Shown piece after piece: positions 48,490 to 58,430 of a DNA stretch of 64,000 nucleotides. Numbering within the stretch: the stretch's first letter is position 1; each line of letters starts with the position of its first letter. This DNA is from Parvularculaceae bacterium. GTDB taxonomy: Bacteria > Pseudomonadota > Alphaproteobacteria > Caulobacterales > Parvularculaceae. Under the pieces are notes generated by a model. It searched no databases, had not been told where the DNA came from, and saw only the letters and a list, made by a program, of their open reading frames with translations. Where the stretch lies: positions 8,256 to 72,255 of the forward strand of contig JBHHVZ010000002.1 of the NCBI GenBank assembly GCA_046756245.1, written 5' to 3'. A program made the translations under genes and the position numbers.

Positions 48490-48963
48490 CTAAAGCCCGA
48501 GCTCGGTGAGGCCGGGGTGGTCTTCCGGGCGCGGGCCCAGCGGCCAGAGAAACTTGCGGTCGGACTCTTTGATCGGAACGTCGTTGATCGACGCCTCGCG
48601 CCGGCGCATCAGGCCGTTGTCGTCGAACTCCCACTGTTCGTTGCCATGGGCGCGGAACCAGTTTCCGTCCGCATCATGATATTCGTACTGGAACCGCGCC
48701 GACAGGCGATTGTCGGTAAACGCCCAGAGTTCCTTGATGAGGCGGTAGTCGAGCTCACGCGCCCATTTGCGGGTCAGGAATTCGACGATCGCCTCGCGGC
48801 CCTGAAGAAATTCCGATCGGTTTCGCCACCAGCTGTCCGGCGTATAGGCGAGGGAGACCTTTTCCGGGTCGCGGCTGTTCCAGGCGTTCTCGGCGAGGCG
48901 AGTTTTCTTGATCGCGCTTTCAAGCGTGAACGGCGGCAGCGGCGGGCGGGGTTCAATGGGCAT
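48490..48963 (-). CDS. DUF1348 / NTF2-like family protein
   Basis: [30 protein letters not shown]...ELWAFTDNR...NEQWEFD. Start trimmed to ATG 48963. Confidence 0.82.
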   Translation of the reverse strand: MPIEPRPPLPPFTLESAIKKTRLAENAWNSRDPEKVSLAYTPDSWWRNRSEFLQGREAIVEFLTRKWARELDYRLIKELWAFTDNRLSARFQYEYHDADGNWFRAHGNEQWEFDDNGLMRRREASINDVPIKESDRKFLWPLGPRPEDHPGLTELGL

Positions 48964-49051
48964 AGGGCTGCGCGGTCCTTTCATTGATTAAGTCGATAAT
49001 TTCTCGCTCGCGGGAAAACTTTCTGCGCGATTGAATATCGGGCGCTGCTTG

Positions 49052-49336
49052 TTACGCCGGCGGATATTGCTGACGCCCGTGGATGATTGTCAGTACGTCA
49101 ATCTCAGTTTCGGAAGCAATCGCATAAACGATAATGTAGGGAAGGCCCGGAATGGTTAATTCTCTCGTATTTTCGATCTCGCCCGCGCGGCCGAGCAAAG
49201 GAAAGCTTTCAAACATCTGCGCCGCCTGTCGGATGCGCGAGATAACCCGGTCCGCAGCGGCGTCGTCAAATTCAGAAATATAAGCGCGGATAGCCTTGAG
49301 GTCGGCGCGCGCAGTCGGCGTGAAATTAACGTTCAA
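49052..49336 (-). CDS. parE: Type II toxin, ParE/RelE family
   Basis: 94 aa. ARADLKAIRAYI...FPLLGR...RELTIPGLPYIIVY...VLTIIHGRQ is a typical ParE pattern. Overlaps the upstream small ORF by 11 nt. Confidence 0.85.
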   Translation of the reverse strand: MNVNFTPTARADLKAIRAYISEFDDAAADRVISRIRQAAQMFESFPLLGRAGEIENTRELTIPGLPYIIVYAIASETEIDVLTIIHGRQQYPPA

Positions 49337-49511
49337 GGCCGAGTTCTTCCCAGACCTTATGGGCCGGGATCATCTTCGATCTGTCCTCGGCTTCTTTCAG
49401 CGCTTTTCTAATTTTCGCTTTTTTCCACGCAAGATAGGCCGGATCGACGCAAGGCTCGTTCACGGGCCTCAAATGCTCGTCCAGAGGATTATGTGCTGTT
49501 GTCTCGGCCAT
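49326..49511 (-). CDS. Cognate antitoxin (small ParD/stability-determinant-like protein)
   Basis: 61 aa, immediately upstream of and overlapping parE. The C-terminal IPAHKVWEELGLE resembles antitoxins paired with ParE. Confidence 0.7.
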   Translation of the reverse strand: MAETTAHNPLDEHLRPVNEPCVDPAYLAWKKAKIRKALKEAEDRSKMIPAHKVWEELGLER

Positions 49512-49556
49512 AGATGAAGACTACCAGAAAACCCTAACGTCGCGCAAACATTCGCC

Positions 49557-50699
49557 TCACCGCCCGTCGGTCACATTCTCCCAGAAATTCTTCGCGCGGT
49601 CGAAAAAGCCCTTGTGCTGCGGGCAGCAGTCGACGCCGCCGCCGGCTTCGCAAAAGCGCATGAGTAATTCTTTTTGTTCGGCGTTAAGCCCGGTCGGCGT
49701 TTCGACCAGGATCTCCACATAAAGATCGCCGCGACCGCTCTGGTTCAAGCGCGTCATGCCTTTGCCGCGTACGCGGAACCGCTTGCCGGTCTGCGCGCCT
49801 TCGGGCACCGAGACCTTGACGCGCCCGCCTTCGATGGTCGGCGCTTCAAGCTCGCCGCCGAGCGCGGCGGTGGTCATCGGAACGGGCAGTTCGCAATAGA
49901 GATTGGGCCCGTCGCGTTCGAAAAGGTCATGCTCTTTGACGTTGATGAAGATGTAGAGATCGCCCTCGGGGCCGCCGCGCGGGCCGGCGTCGCCTTCGCC
50001 CGTCAAGCGAATGCGGGTGCCGTTCTCGATGCCGGGCGGAACGTCGACGGCGAGCGTGCGTTCTTTCCTGACCCGGCCCTGGCCGCCGCAATCCGTACAC
50101 GGATCGCCGATTACGCGGCCTTCGCCGCCGCAAGCCGGGCAGGTCCGCTCGATGGTGAAAAAGCCCTGCTGCATGCGGACGCGGCCCGCGCCGTGACAGG
50201 TCGAACACGCCGTCGGCCCCGATCCGGGCTTTGCGCCCGAACCTTCGCAGGTTTCGCAGGCGACGGAGCCGGGGACCGTGATCGTCGCCTTCTTGCCGGT
50301 AAAGGCTTCGCTTAAAGTGATGTCGAGTTTGTATTTGAGGTCGGCGCCGCGGGCCGGGCCGCCGCGCCGCGCGCTGCGTCCGCCCATGAACTCGCCGAAA
50401 ATGTCGTCGAAGACGTCGGCGAAGGCCGAAGCGTTGAAGCCTTGCGCCCCGGCCCCGCCAAAGCCGTTCATGCCGCCCTTGAAGGCGGCGTGGCCGTAGC
50501 GGTCATACGCCGCGCGCTTTTGCCCGTCGGAGAGAATCTCGTAAGCTTCGTTGACTTCCTTGAATTTGTGCTCGGCTTCCGGATCGTCCTTGTTGCGGTC
50601 CGGATGATATTTCATGGCGCATTTGCGGAACGCCGCCTTGACGGCGCTATCGTCCGCGTCTCGTGATACGCCGAGTATATCGTAATAACATCGCGCCAT
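49557..50699 (-). CDS. dnaJ: Molecular chaperone DnaJ
   Basis: J domain with HPDRN, a G/F region, four CxxCxGxG zinc-finger repeats and C-terminal domains. Confidence 0.96.
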   Translation of the reverse strand: MARCYYDILGVSRDADDSAVKAAFRKCAMKYHPDRNKDDPEAEHKFKEVNEAYEILSDGQKRAAYDRYGHAAFKGGMNGFGGAGAQGFNASAFADVFDDIFGEFMGGRSARRGGPARGADLKYKLDITLSEAFTGKKATITVPGSVACETCEGSGAKPGSGPTACSTCHGAGRVRMQQGFFTIERTCPACGGEGRVIGDPCTDCGGQGRVRKERTLAVDVPPGIENGTRIRLTGEGDAGPRGGPEGDLYIFINVKEHDLFERDGPNLYCELPVPMTTAALGGELEAPTIEGGRVKVSVPEGAQTGKRFRVRGKGMTRLNQSGRGDLYVEILVETPTGLNAEQKELLMRFCEAGGGVDCCPQHKGFFDRAKNFWENVTDGR

Positions 50700-50724
50700 A
50701 TTTACTCGCGCCCGCCCTTCGGCA

Positions 50725-50818
50725 GTGAAGTGGTGAATGGTGAAATGGTGAATAAGGGGGAAAGGCCGACGCGGCTGTCCGTCCTTTCCTATTCACCATT
50801 CACTATTCACCATTCACC
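50725..50818. repeat. Imperfect long inverted repeat built from TGGTGAA heptamers in the dnaK-dnaJ spacer
   Basis: Left arm GTGAAGTGGTGAATGGTGAAATGGTGAATAAGGGGGAAAGG. Right arm CCTTTCCTATTCACCATTCACTATTCACCATTCAC. Confidence 0.75.
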
Positions 50819-52738
<1,920 letters not shown>

Positions 52739-52800
52739 ATTTTGTTCTCCTGTCAGCGGGCCGCCCTGTTATTCCGGACCTTCGATCAGCATCGAGCCGG

Positions 52801-52832
52801 TTTATGGTTAAAACCGGCATAACGCCCGCAAG
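52801..52832 (-). promoter_or_regulatory. Possible RpoH (sigma-32)-type promoter for dnaK
   Basis: The minus strand reads CTTGCGG-N14-TTAACCATAA, which only loosely resembles CTTGAAA-N13-15-CCCCATNT. Confidence 0.25.
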
Positions 52833-53013
52833 CGCCCGAAGCGGACAACCCCTTCTCAATTTTATTTTGCGCCGCGGCGAAAGCGTTGCAACGGCGCTTG
52901 TTCGAAGCGGCATATAGGCAGACGACGTTGAGCCCGCAACCCGCTGCAGGGTCGGGGCGGGCGAAAATCCGCCTTCTCGCGCCGTTTGCGTCGAAAAGCC
53001 CCATCGCTCCGGA

Positions 53014-54873
53014 TCAGCCGGGCAGGTTGAGCGGCTTGGAGATATACAAGAGCCGCCAGTCCATATTCTCCATCAGCATGGCGCGCGCCGCCTCCTCGAC
53101 CCGGGCCTGAAGCTCCGAAAGCTTAGGCGCGTCGGCGGCGATGACGGCGTCGAACTTGGCGGCGATCGCTTTCAGGGTCGCCGCCGTGGCGTGCGAGCGC
53201 TCGGCGGTCGAGCCGAATTCCCCCTGCACGCGGATGCCGAAAAACGCCGCGCCAAGGGCCGGCAGGAAGCCGGTCAACAGGGTCACCCAACTCTGCGCTT
53301 TCGACTTCAACGCATACGCCCAGCCCTGCCCGCCGCCGGAAGAAAACGCCAACAGAAGATAGCCGATGCAAACCACAAAGGTTGCGGCGAAAGCCGCTTC
53401 GCCAAGCAGGTGGAGACGGTGCTCGATCTTATGAAGCGCCTGGGCTTTGCGTTCGTGATAGGCGATCTGGGGACGGATTTCCTCGTCGACGATGGCCGCT
53501 GCGATCTTCTTCATCGCCGCCGCGTCGAAGCGGCCCGAAGTCAGTCCCGCTTCGCGCTGCGCAGCTTTAAGATACCAATCGACCCATCCGGCGTCTTCGG
53601 CGTCTTCGCCGGAGGCTTTTTCTTCCTCCCGGCTCGCCTCGCCGGCGGTCAGAAATACATGCCGAAACTGTCTCAATTCCTCAGTGAGCTGACGATAGTC
53701 AATCCATTTTTCGTGCCAGCGCCCGCGCCGGCCAATGACCGTCACGGCAAGGATAAACACGATGATCGCCACCTCCACTGAAATCCAGTAGATTTTAGAT
53801 TCGACGCCCGCAACAAGGTGGAACAGCGCAAGAAAAACGGCGATCGCGGCGAACAGATAATTGAAGAAATATGAAGACCGGTAGAGATTGCCGTAATGCA
53901 CGGCCAGGTGGTCGGCCCACTCAAAACGCGGCGCAATAATGTCTTCGAATATGCGCCGGTCGCCCTCGGCCGCGTTCAGGCGCATAGCGAGCGTTGAGGA
54001 AAGCGCCTCGGCGATCTGGCTTTCGGGTTTTGCAACGGTGAGCCTGATGGTGAAAGGCCAGCGGCCTGCAAGCGCCTTTTCCCAGAACTGAAAGAACGAT
54101 CCGAAATTAAACCCGTGCGGCTTTTCGTTTATGTAATCGCGATAGGCGATGAGCGCATGTGTGCGTTTTCCTGAAAATTCATGCTCGATCTCTGACGGCG
54201 ATGGCGGCGCGAGAATCGCCGAGACCGCCGACTCGATGACGTCGTGCGTCGCCTCCGCCGGCTGGCCGTCCGCCGTGAGCAAAACAGGCGCGGTATCCTT
54301 GACGGCGTTGATCCACACAACCGGCTTGCCCGCAGCCAGCGCCGCATTCTTGATCATCGCGGTGCCGCCGGGGCCGCGCGCTTTCTCCCCGTCCCATATG
54401 GCGATGACGATGTCGGCGTTCTTGAGCGTCACAAGCCCGGCCTGAAGATAGGCGTTTTCCTCTTCGACGCCGGCGGCGCCGCCGCCGTCAAGCTCGGCAA
54501 CCGCATCGGCGTGCGCAAGCAGCGCGTTGAGCGCTTCGACGTCGTCGTCGGAAAAATCGGTTTCGTACTGGTTGCGCGAAAATGGCAGCGGCGCCAACAG
54601 CCGCCAGCCAAGATCGAGCGCGGCCTCCGCCGCCAGCGTGTCGGCCCCGTCCGCAAGCGCGCTGACGAGATAATGCTTCGCCGGCGCCCGCGCGTAATCG
54701 TCCCGAAAGGTTTGTAGCGCCGCATCGACGGCGTCAGTCGCCGCTTTGAGAACGTAGCGCGTCTGGCGCGCGATGCGATCGCGCTGCGAGGCGTCGAGGC
54801 GCTGCAGGCGGTGTCCGGTCACGCCGACGCGGATTGCTGCGGCGGGTTTCGGGGGGTGCGCAGTTTCGCTCAT
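53014..54873 (-). CDS. SLOG-like (YpsA/DprA/LOG-type, or nucleoside deoxyribosyltransferase-like) Rossmannoid domain fused to a 4-TM SLATT-like membrane domain
   Basis: N-terminus: RVGVTGHR, LVSALADGADTLAAEAAL, LAPLPF, ADIVIAIWDGEKARGPGGTAMIKNAALAAGKPVVWI. C-terminus: two TM hairpins (YFFNYLFAAIAVFLALF / IYWISVEVAIIVFILAVTVIG and LGEAAFAATFVVCIGYLLLAF / WVTLLTGFLPALGAAFFGI), preceded by the helices FEWADHLAVHYGNLYR and QIAYHERKAQ. Confidence 0.7.
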   Translation of the reverse strand: MSETAHPPKPAAAIRVGVTGHRLQRLDASQRDRIARQTRYVLKAATDAVDAALQTFRDDYARAPAKHYLVSALADGADTLAAEAALDLGWRLLAPLPFSRNQYETDFSDDDVEALNALLAHADAVAELDGGGAAGVEEENAYLQAGLVTLKNADIVIAIWDGEKARGPGGTAMIKNAALAAGKPVVWINAVKDTAPVLLTADGQPAEATHDVIESAVSAILAPPSPSEIEHEFSGKRTHALIAYRDYINEKPHGFNFGSFFQFWEKALAGRWPFTIRLTVAKPESQIAEALSSTLAMRLNAAEGDRRIFEDIIAPRFEWADHLAVHYGNLYRSSYFFNYLFAAIAVFLALFHLVAGVESKIYWISVEVAIIVFILAVTVIGRRGRWHEKWIDYRQLTEELRQFRHVFLTAGEASREEEKASGEDAEDAGWVDWYLKAAQREAGLTSGRFDAAAMKKIAAAIVDEEIRPQIAYHERKAQALHKIEHRLHLLGEAAFAATFVVCIGYLLLAFSSGGGQGWAYALKSKAQSWVTLLTGFLPALGAAFFGIRVQGEFGSTAERSHATAATLKAIAAKFDAVIAADAPKLSELQARVEEAARAMLMENMDWRLLYISKPLNLPG

Positions 54874-54899
54874 GCGGAATGGCTAAAGCAGAAATCCGT

Positions 54900-56576
54900 T
54901 CAGTCAAGTTCGCGCACAAGCCGGAAGCCGTTGTCATAGTCGCGCCGCGTCGCGAAGCCCTCGATTCGGTGCGCCGCCCGCAACCGCCATCCGCCGGTGT
55001 TCCAGGCGCCGCCTTTGAGCACGCGCGAAATGCAGTCGCCGCCGCGCGGCGCGCCGAAGACGGAAGCGCCGCGATGATCCGGACGCCAACAGTCGGCGAC
55101 CCATTCCCAGACATTGCCGTGCATGTCGTAAACGCCGAACGGATTGGCTGCAAAGCTTCCCGCAGGAAGCGTCCCGCCCGGCGACGCGCCTTCGGGGGCG
55201 CCGGCGTATGGAAAAGCGGCGTCGTAATTGGCCTGGTCCGGCGCCAGCGCCTCGCCGAACGAAAACGGCGCGTCGCCGCCGGCGCGGGCGACATATTCCC
55301 ATTCCGCTTCGCTCGGGAGCCGATAAGTCTGGCCGGTTTTTTCCGACAGCCAGGCGGCGTAGGCGCGCGCGTCGCGCCAGCTCACATTGACCGCCGGCCG
55401 GGAGCCGCGCCCCCAACCGGGATCGGGCGCTCCATATTGATCGCAACCGCCGGCGGCGACGCACGCGTCCCACTCATCGAACGTAACTTCATAGCGTCCG
55501 ATGGCGAACGGTTTTTCAATCGTGACGCCGACGGTCGGGCCTTCGGTCAGGTCGCGGCTTGCTTCGGTTTCCGGCGAGCCCATGGAGAAGGCGCCGGAAG
55601 GGATGACGATCATTTCCGGACAGAAGGCGCAGTCCCTGAATGATTCTCCCGGCGCCGGAATTGCGTCTGCGTTTTCGTCTGCGTCTTCAGGCGGCGGGGC
55701 GTCTTTGGCTTCCTCTTCGGGCGCGCCGGCCTCGGCGGCGCCAGACAAAGATTCAACGCGCTCGACGTCGACGGCCGCGGCCGCGCTTTCCGACGTTGCT
55801 GCTGCTTCGGCTTCGGACGTCTCCGGAGCAGAAAAGCCGAGCATTTGAGCCTCATCGTCCGCGGCGGGTCCATACTCGTCGGCGTCGGCGTCAATCGAAA
55901 GGCCGTCGGGGGTGAAAACTTCCAGCTCCGTCGCGTCATTATCGTCAATGCCGGCGTCGGCGCTGATTTCCTCCGCATGGGATTCTTTCACAGAAACCGG
56001 CGCGTCGGCCTGACCGGAGCCTTTCAGGAGCGTCGGAAACGCGAAATAACCCGCAAGCAAAAGCGCAGCGATAATGGAAAACGCGCCGGCTATGGCGGCG
56101 GTCCGCCTTCCCGCGATTTTTTTGGGCGCGGCCGGCCCGGCTTCGCCCGCATCCTCGTTCCGCGCTTCGGCCGCAGGCCGGAACCGCATCGCCGGCGCGC
56201 CGTCAGCCTGTTCGACGCATTGACGGATTTCGCTCAATAACAACAGCCAGTTGGGATCGCGCCGGTCGCCGCGCCAGTTTCTAAGATCGGCTGTTTTGAA
56301 GCGCCGGAAGCCTTTCGGCGGATCGACATCTTCGATTATTGCAGGAATCAGCGCCCGATTGCGCGCGCCCGCGCGGGATTTTCTCCGTATACGGTGTGAC
56401 TTAACCGATGAAGACGACCACAGAACCAGCGTCGCCGCCGCATCTTCGTCGCGCCGTCCGCGGGCGCCCTTTTCGGCGCCCGATGCGACGGAGAAGCCTT
56501 CGGATTCAAGCGCCGCAACGACGCGGCGAGCAATGTCGCTGTCGTCTTTGGCGCTGTCGATGAAGATGTCGGTCAT
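54900..56576 (-). CDS. TIR-like domain / single TM / acidic linker / FGE-sulfatase (SUMF1-type) domain protein
   Basis: N-terminus: MTDIFIDSAKDDSDIARRVVAALESEGFSV...LVLWSSSSVKS...LIPAIIEDVDPP (TIR_2-like). TM helix: AAIAGAFSIIAALLLAGYFAF. C-terminus: MIVIPSGAFSMGS, YEVTFDEWDACV, PAVNVSWRDARAYAAWL, YRLPSEAEWEYVARAG, YDMHGNVWEWVADCW, GFRLVREL. Start trimmed to ATG 56576. Confidence 0.8.
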   Translation of the reverse strand: MTDIFIDSAKDDSDIARRVVAALESEGFSVASGAEKGARGRRDEDAAATLVLWSSSSVKSHRIRRKSRAGARNRALIPAIIEDVDPPKGFRRFKTADLRNWRGDRRDPNWLLLLSEIRQCVEQADGAPAMRFRPAAEARNEDAGEAGPAAPKKIAGRRTAAIAGAFSIIAALLLAGYFAFPTLLKGSGQADAPVSVKESHAEEISADAGIDDNDATELEVFTPDGLSIDADADEYGPAADDEAQMLGFSAPETSEAEAAATSESAAAAVDVERVESLSGAAEAGAPEEEAKDAPPPEDADENADAIPAPGESFRDCAFCPEMIVIPSGAFSMGSPETEASRDLTEGPTVGVTIEKPFAIGRYEVTFDEWDACVAAGGCDQYGAPDPGWGRGSRPAVNVSWRDARAYAAWLSEKTGQTYRLPSEAEWEYVARAGGDAPFSFGEALAPDQANYDAAFPYAGAPEGASPGGTLPAGSFAANPFGVYDMHGNVWEWVADCWRPDHRGASVFGAPRGGDCISRVLKGGAWNTGGWRLRAAHRIEGFATRRDYDNGFRLVRELD

Positions 56577-56801
56577 GCGCTCCGCCCCTCCCCAATCGAC
56601 GCGGCCGACCCGTCGCGTTTGCCTGGCGGCGGCCGGCGCGTTGCGACGTAAATCGCCTCTATGTGATCGCCCATCGGCGTAGGAAGCGCAAGATACGGGC
56701 CGCCGCATCGATGCGGGGAAAATTTGTTCTTGATCTGTTCTGTTTGTTGCGTCATGGTGCGTTCGCACGGATATCGGGAGACGCAGGGGCAGGAGCCCTC
56801 G

Positions 56802-58373
56802 ATGGTTGCACAGATCGCTACTTTCGCCTTTCACGGGGTCGAGGCCCGTCCGGTTTCGGTTCAGGTTCAGCTTACCGGAGGCGCTTTCGCCTTTGTCATT
56901 GTCGGCCTGCCGGACAAGGCGGTGTCGGAGGCGCGCGAACGGGTCTCGGCGGCGCTCTACGCAGTCGGGCTCGGCCTGCCGCCAAAGCGGATCACGGTCA
57001 ATCTGGCGCCGGCGGACCTGCCCAAGGAAGGCAGCCATTTCGACCTCGCCATCGCGCTCGGCCTGTTGATGGAAATGGGCGCGGCCCCGCGCGACGCGGC
57101 CGACGGCTTCGCGGTGATGGGCGAACTCGGTCTCGACGGATCGGTCGCGCCTGTCGCCGGCGCGCTGCCGGCGGCGGTGGCGGCGAATGCGCGCGGGCTC
57201 GGCCTCATCTGTCCGGAGGCCTCGGGGCCGGAAGCGGCCTGGGCCGGCGGCGACGCGCAAATCCTCGCGCCAAAAAGCCTCATTCAGCTCGTCAACCATT
57301 TCAAGGGAACGCAGGTGCTCTCGCCGCCCGAACCGGGCGGGCTCGCGCCGGCCCCGCCGGCCCCGGACCTCAAGGACGTGAAGGGACAGGAGACCGCCAA
57401 GCGCGCGCTCGAAGTGGCGGCTGCGGGCGGCCATAACCTTTTAATGATCGGCCCGCCGGGCGCCGGAAAGTCGATGCTGGCGGCGCGCCTGCCCGGTCTG
57501 CTGGCGCCGCTATCGCCTGAAGAGATGCTGGAAATCTCGATGGTGCAGTCGCTTGCGGGTCGTTTGGAAGGCGGGCGGCTCACCAGCGCCCGCCCGTTTC
57601 GCGCGCCGCATCATTCGGCGTCGATGGCGGCGATGATCGGCGGCGGCGTCCGGGCGAAGCCGGGGGAGGCGTCCCTCGCCCATCACGGCGTACTGTTTCT
57701 GGATGAATTGCCGGAGTTTTCCGCTCCCGTGCTCGACAGTTTGCGTCAGCCGCTCGAAACCGGCGACGTGATGATCGCGCGGGCCAATTACCATGTCCGC
57801 TATCCCGCCCGCTTCCAGCTTGTCGCGGCGATGAATCCGTGCCGTTGCGGCTACGGGCGGGCGAGCGGACGCGCCTGCGGACGCGGCCCGCATTGCGAGG
57901 CGGCGTATCAGTCCCGCGTGTCGGGCCCGCTCCTCGATCGCATCGACCTCGTCATCGAACTGCCGGCGGTGGCGCCGGCCGATCTCGCGGCGCCGGCCGG
58001 CGGCGAAGACAGCGCGACGGTTGCAGGACGCGTCGCGCGCGCCCGTCAGGCCCAGATTGCGCGCGGCGGCGGCGCAGCGGCGACTGTCGCCTCGAATGCG
58101 GCGCTGCCCGACCAGGATCTCGCCCGGGTCGCCGCGCCTGACGCCGAGGGGGCGGCGTTGCTTGCGCGCGCCTGTGAAGCGCTCAGGCTTTCCGCACGCG
58201 GCTATCACCGTATTCTGCGCGTCGCGCGCACCCTCGCCGATCTCGATGGGGCGGAAGGCGTCAAGCGCCGGCATGTGGCCGAAGCGATCAGCTATCGCCG
58301 CCGCGAGGACGGCGCGCCGCAGGCGAGAGACGCTCAAGCCGGCGCCGAAAGCGGCGCCGCGCAGCTTTATTAA
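56802..58373 (+). CDS. comM: YifB/ComM-family Mg-chelatase-like AAA+ ATPase
   Basis: N-terminal Lon-protease-like domain, Walker A GPPGAGKSMLA, VLFLDELPEF, and a C-terminal region with a Cys cluster. Start trimmed to ATG 56802. Confidence 0.92.
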   Translation: MVAQIATFAFHGVEARPVSVQVQLTGGAFAFVIVGLPDKAVSEARERVSAALYAVGLGLPPKRITVNLAPADLPKEGSHFDLAIALGLLMEMGAAPRDAADGFAVMGELGLDGSVAPVAGALPAAVAANARGLGLICPEASGPEAAWAGGDAQILAPKSLIQLVNHFKGTQVLSPPEPGGLAPAPPAPDLKDVKGQETAKRALEVAAAGGHNLLMIGPPGAGKSMLAARLPGLLAPLSPEEMLEISMVQSLAGRLEGGRLTSARPFRAPHHSASMAAMIGGGVRAKPGEASLAHHGVLFLDELPEFSAPVLDSLRQPLETGDVMIARANYHVRYPARFQLVAAMNPCRCGYGRASGRACGRGPHCEAAYQSRVSGPLLDRIDLVIELPAVAPADLAAPAGGEDSATVAGRVARARQAQIARGGGAAATVASNAALPDQDLARVAAPDAEGAALLARACEALRLSARGYHRILRVARTLADLDGAEGVKRRHVAEAISYRRREDGAPQARDAQAGAESGAAQLY

Positions 58374-58430
58374 CCAATCCTTTCAATCATTTTTTCAGCG
58401 CGCGGCCCGCAGAATTGGCGCTCGGGATTA

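Noticed and set aside
56577-57434. The N-terminal 286 codons of track ORF 54900..57434 (844 aa).
   Set aside because: This part is Arg/Gly-rich noise and lies antisense to the well-supported comM gene. The recognisable protein begins at ATG 56576 with a TIR-like MTDIFID start, so I call 54900..56576.
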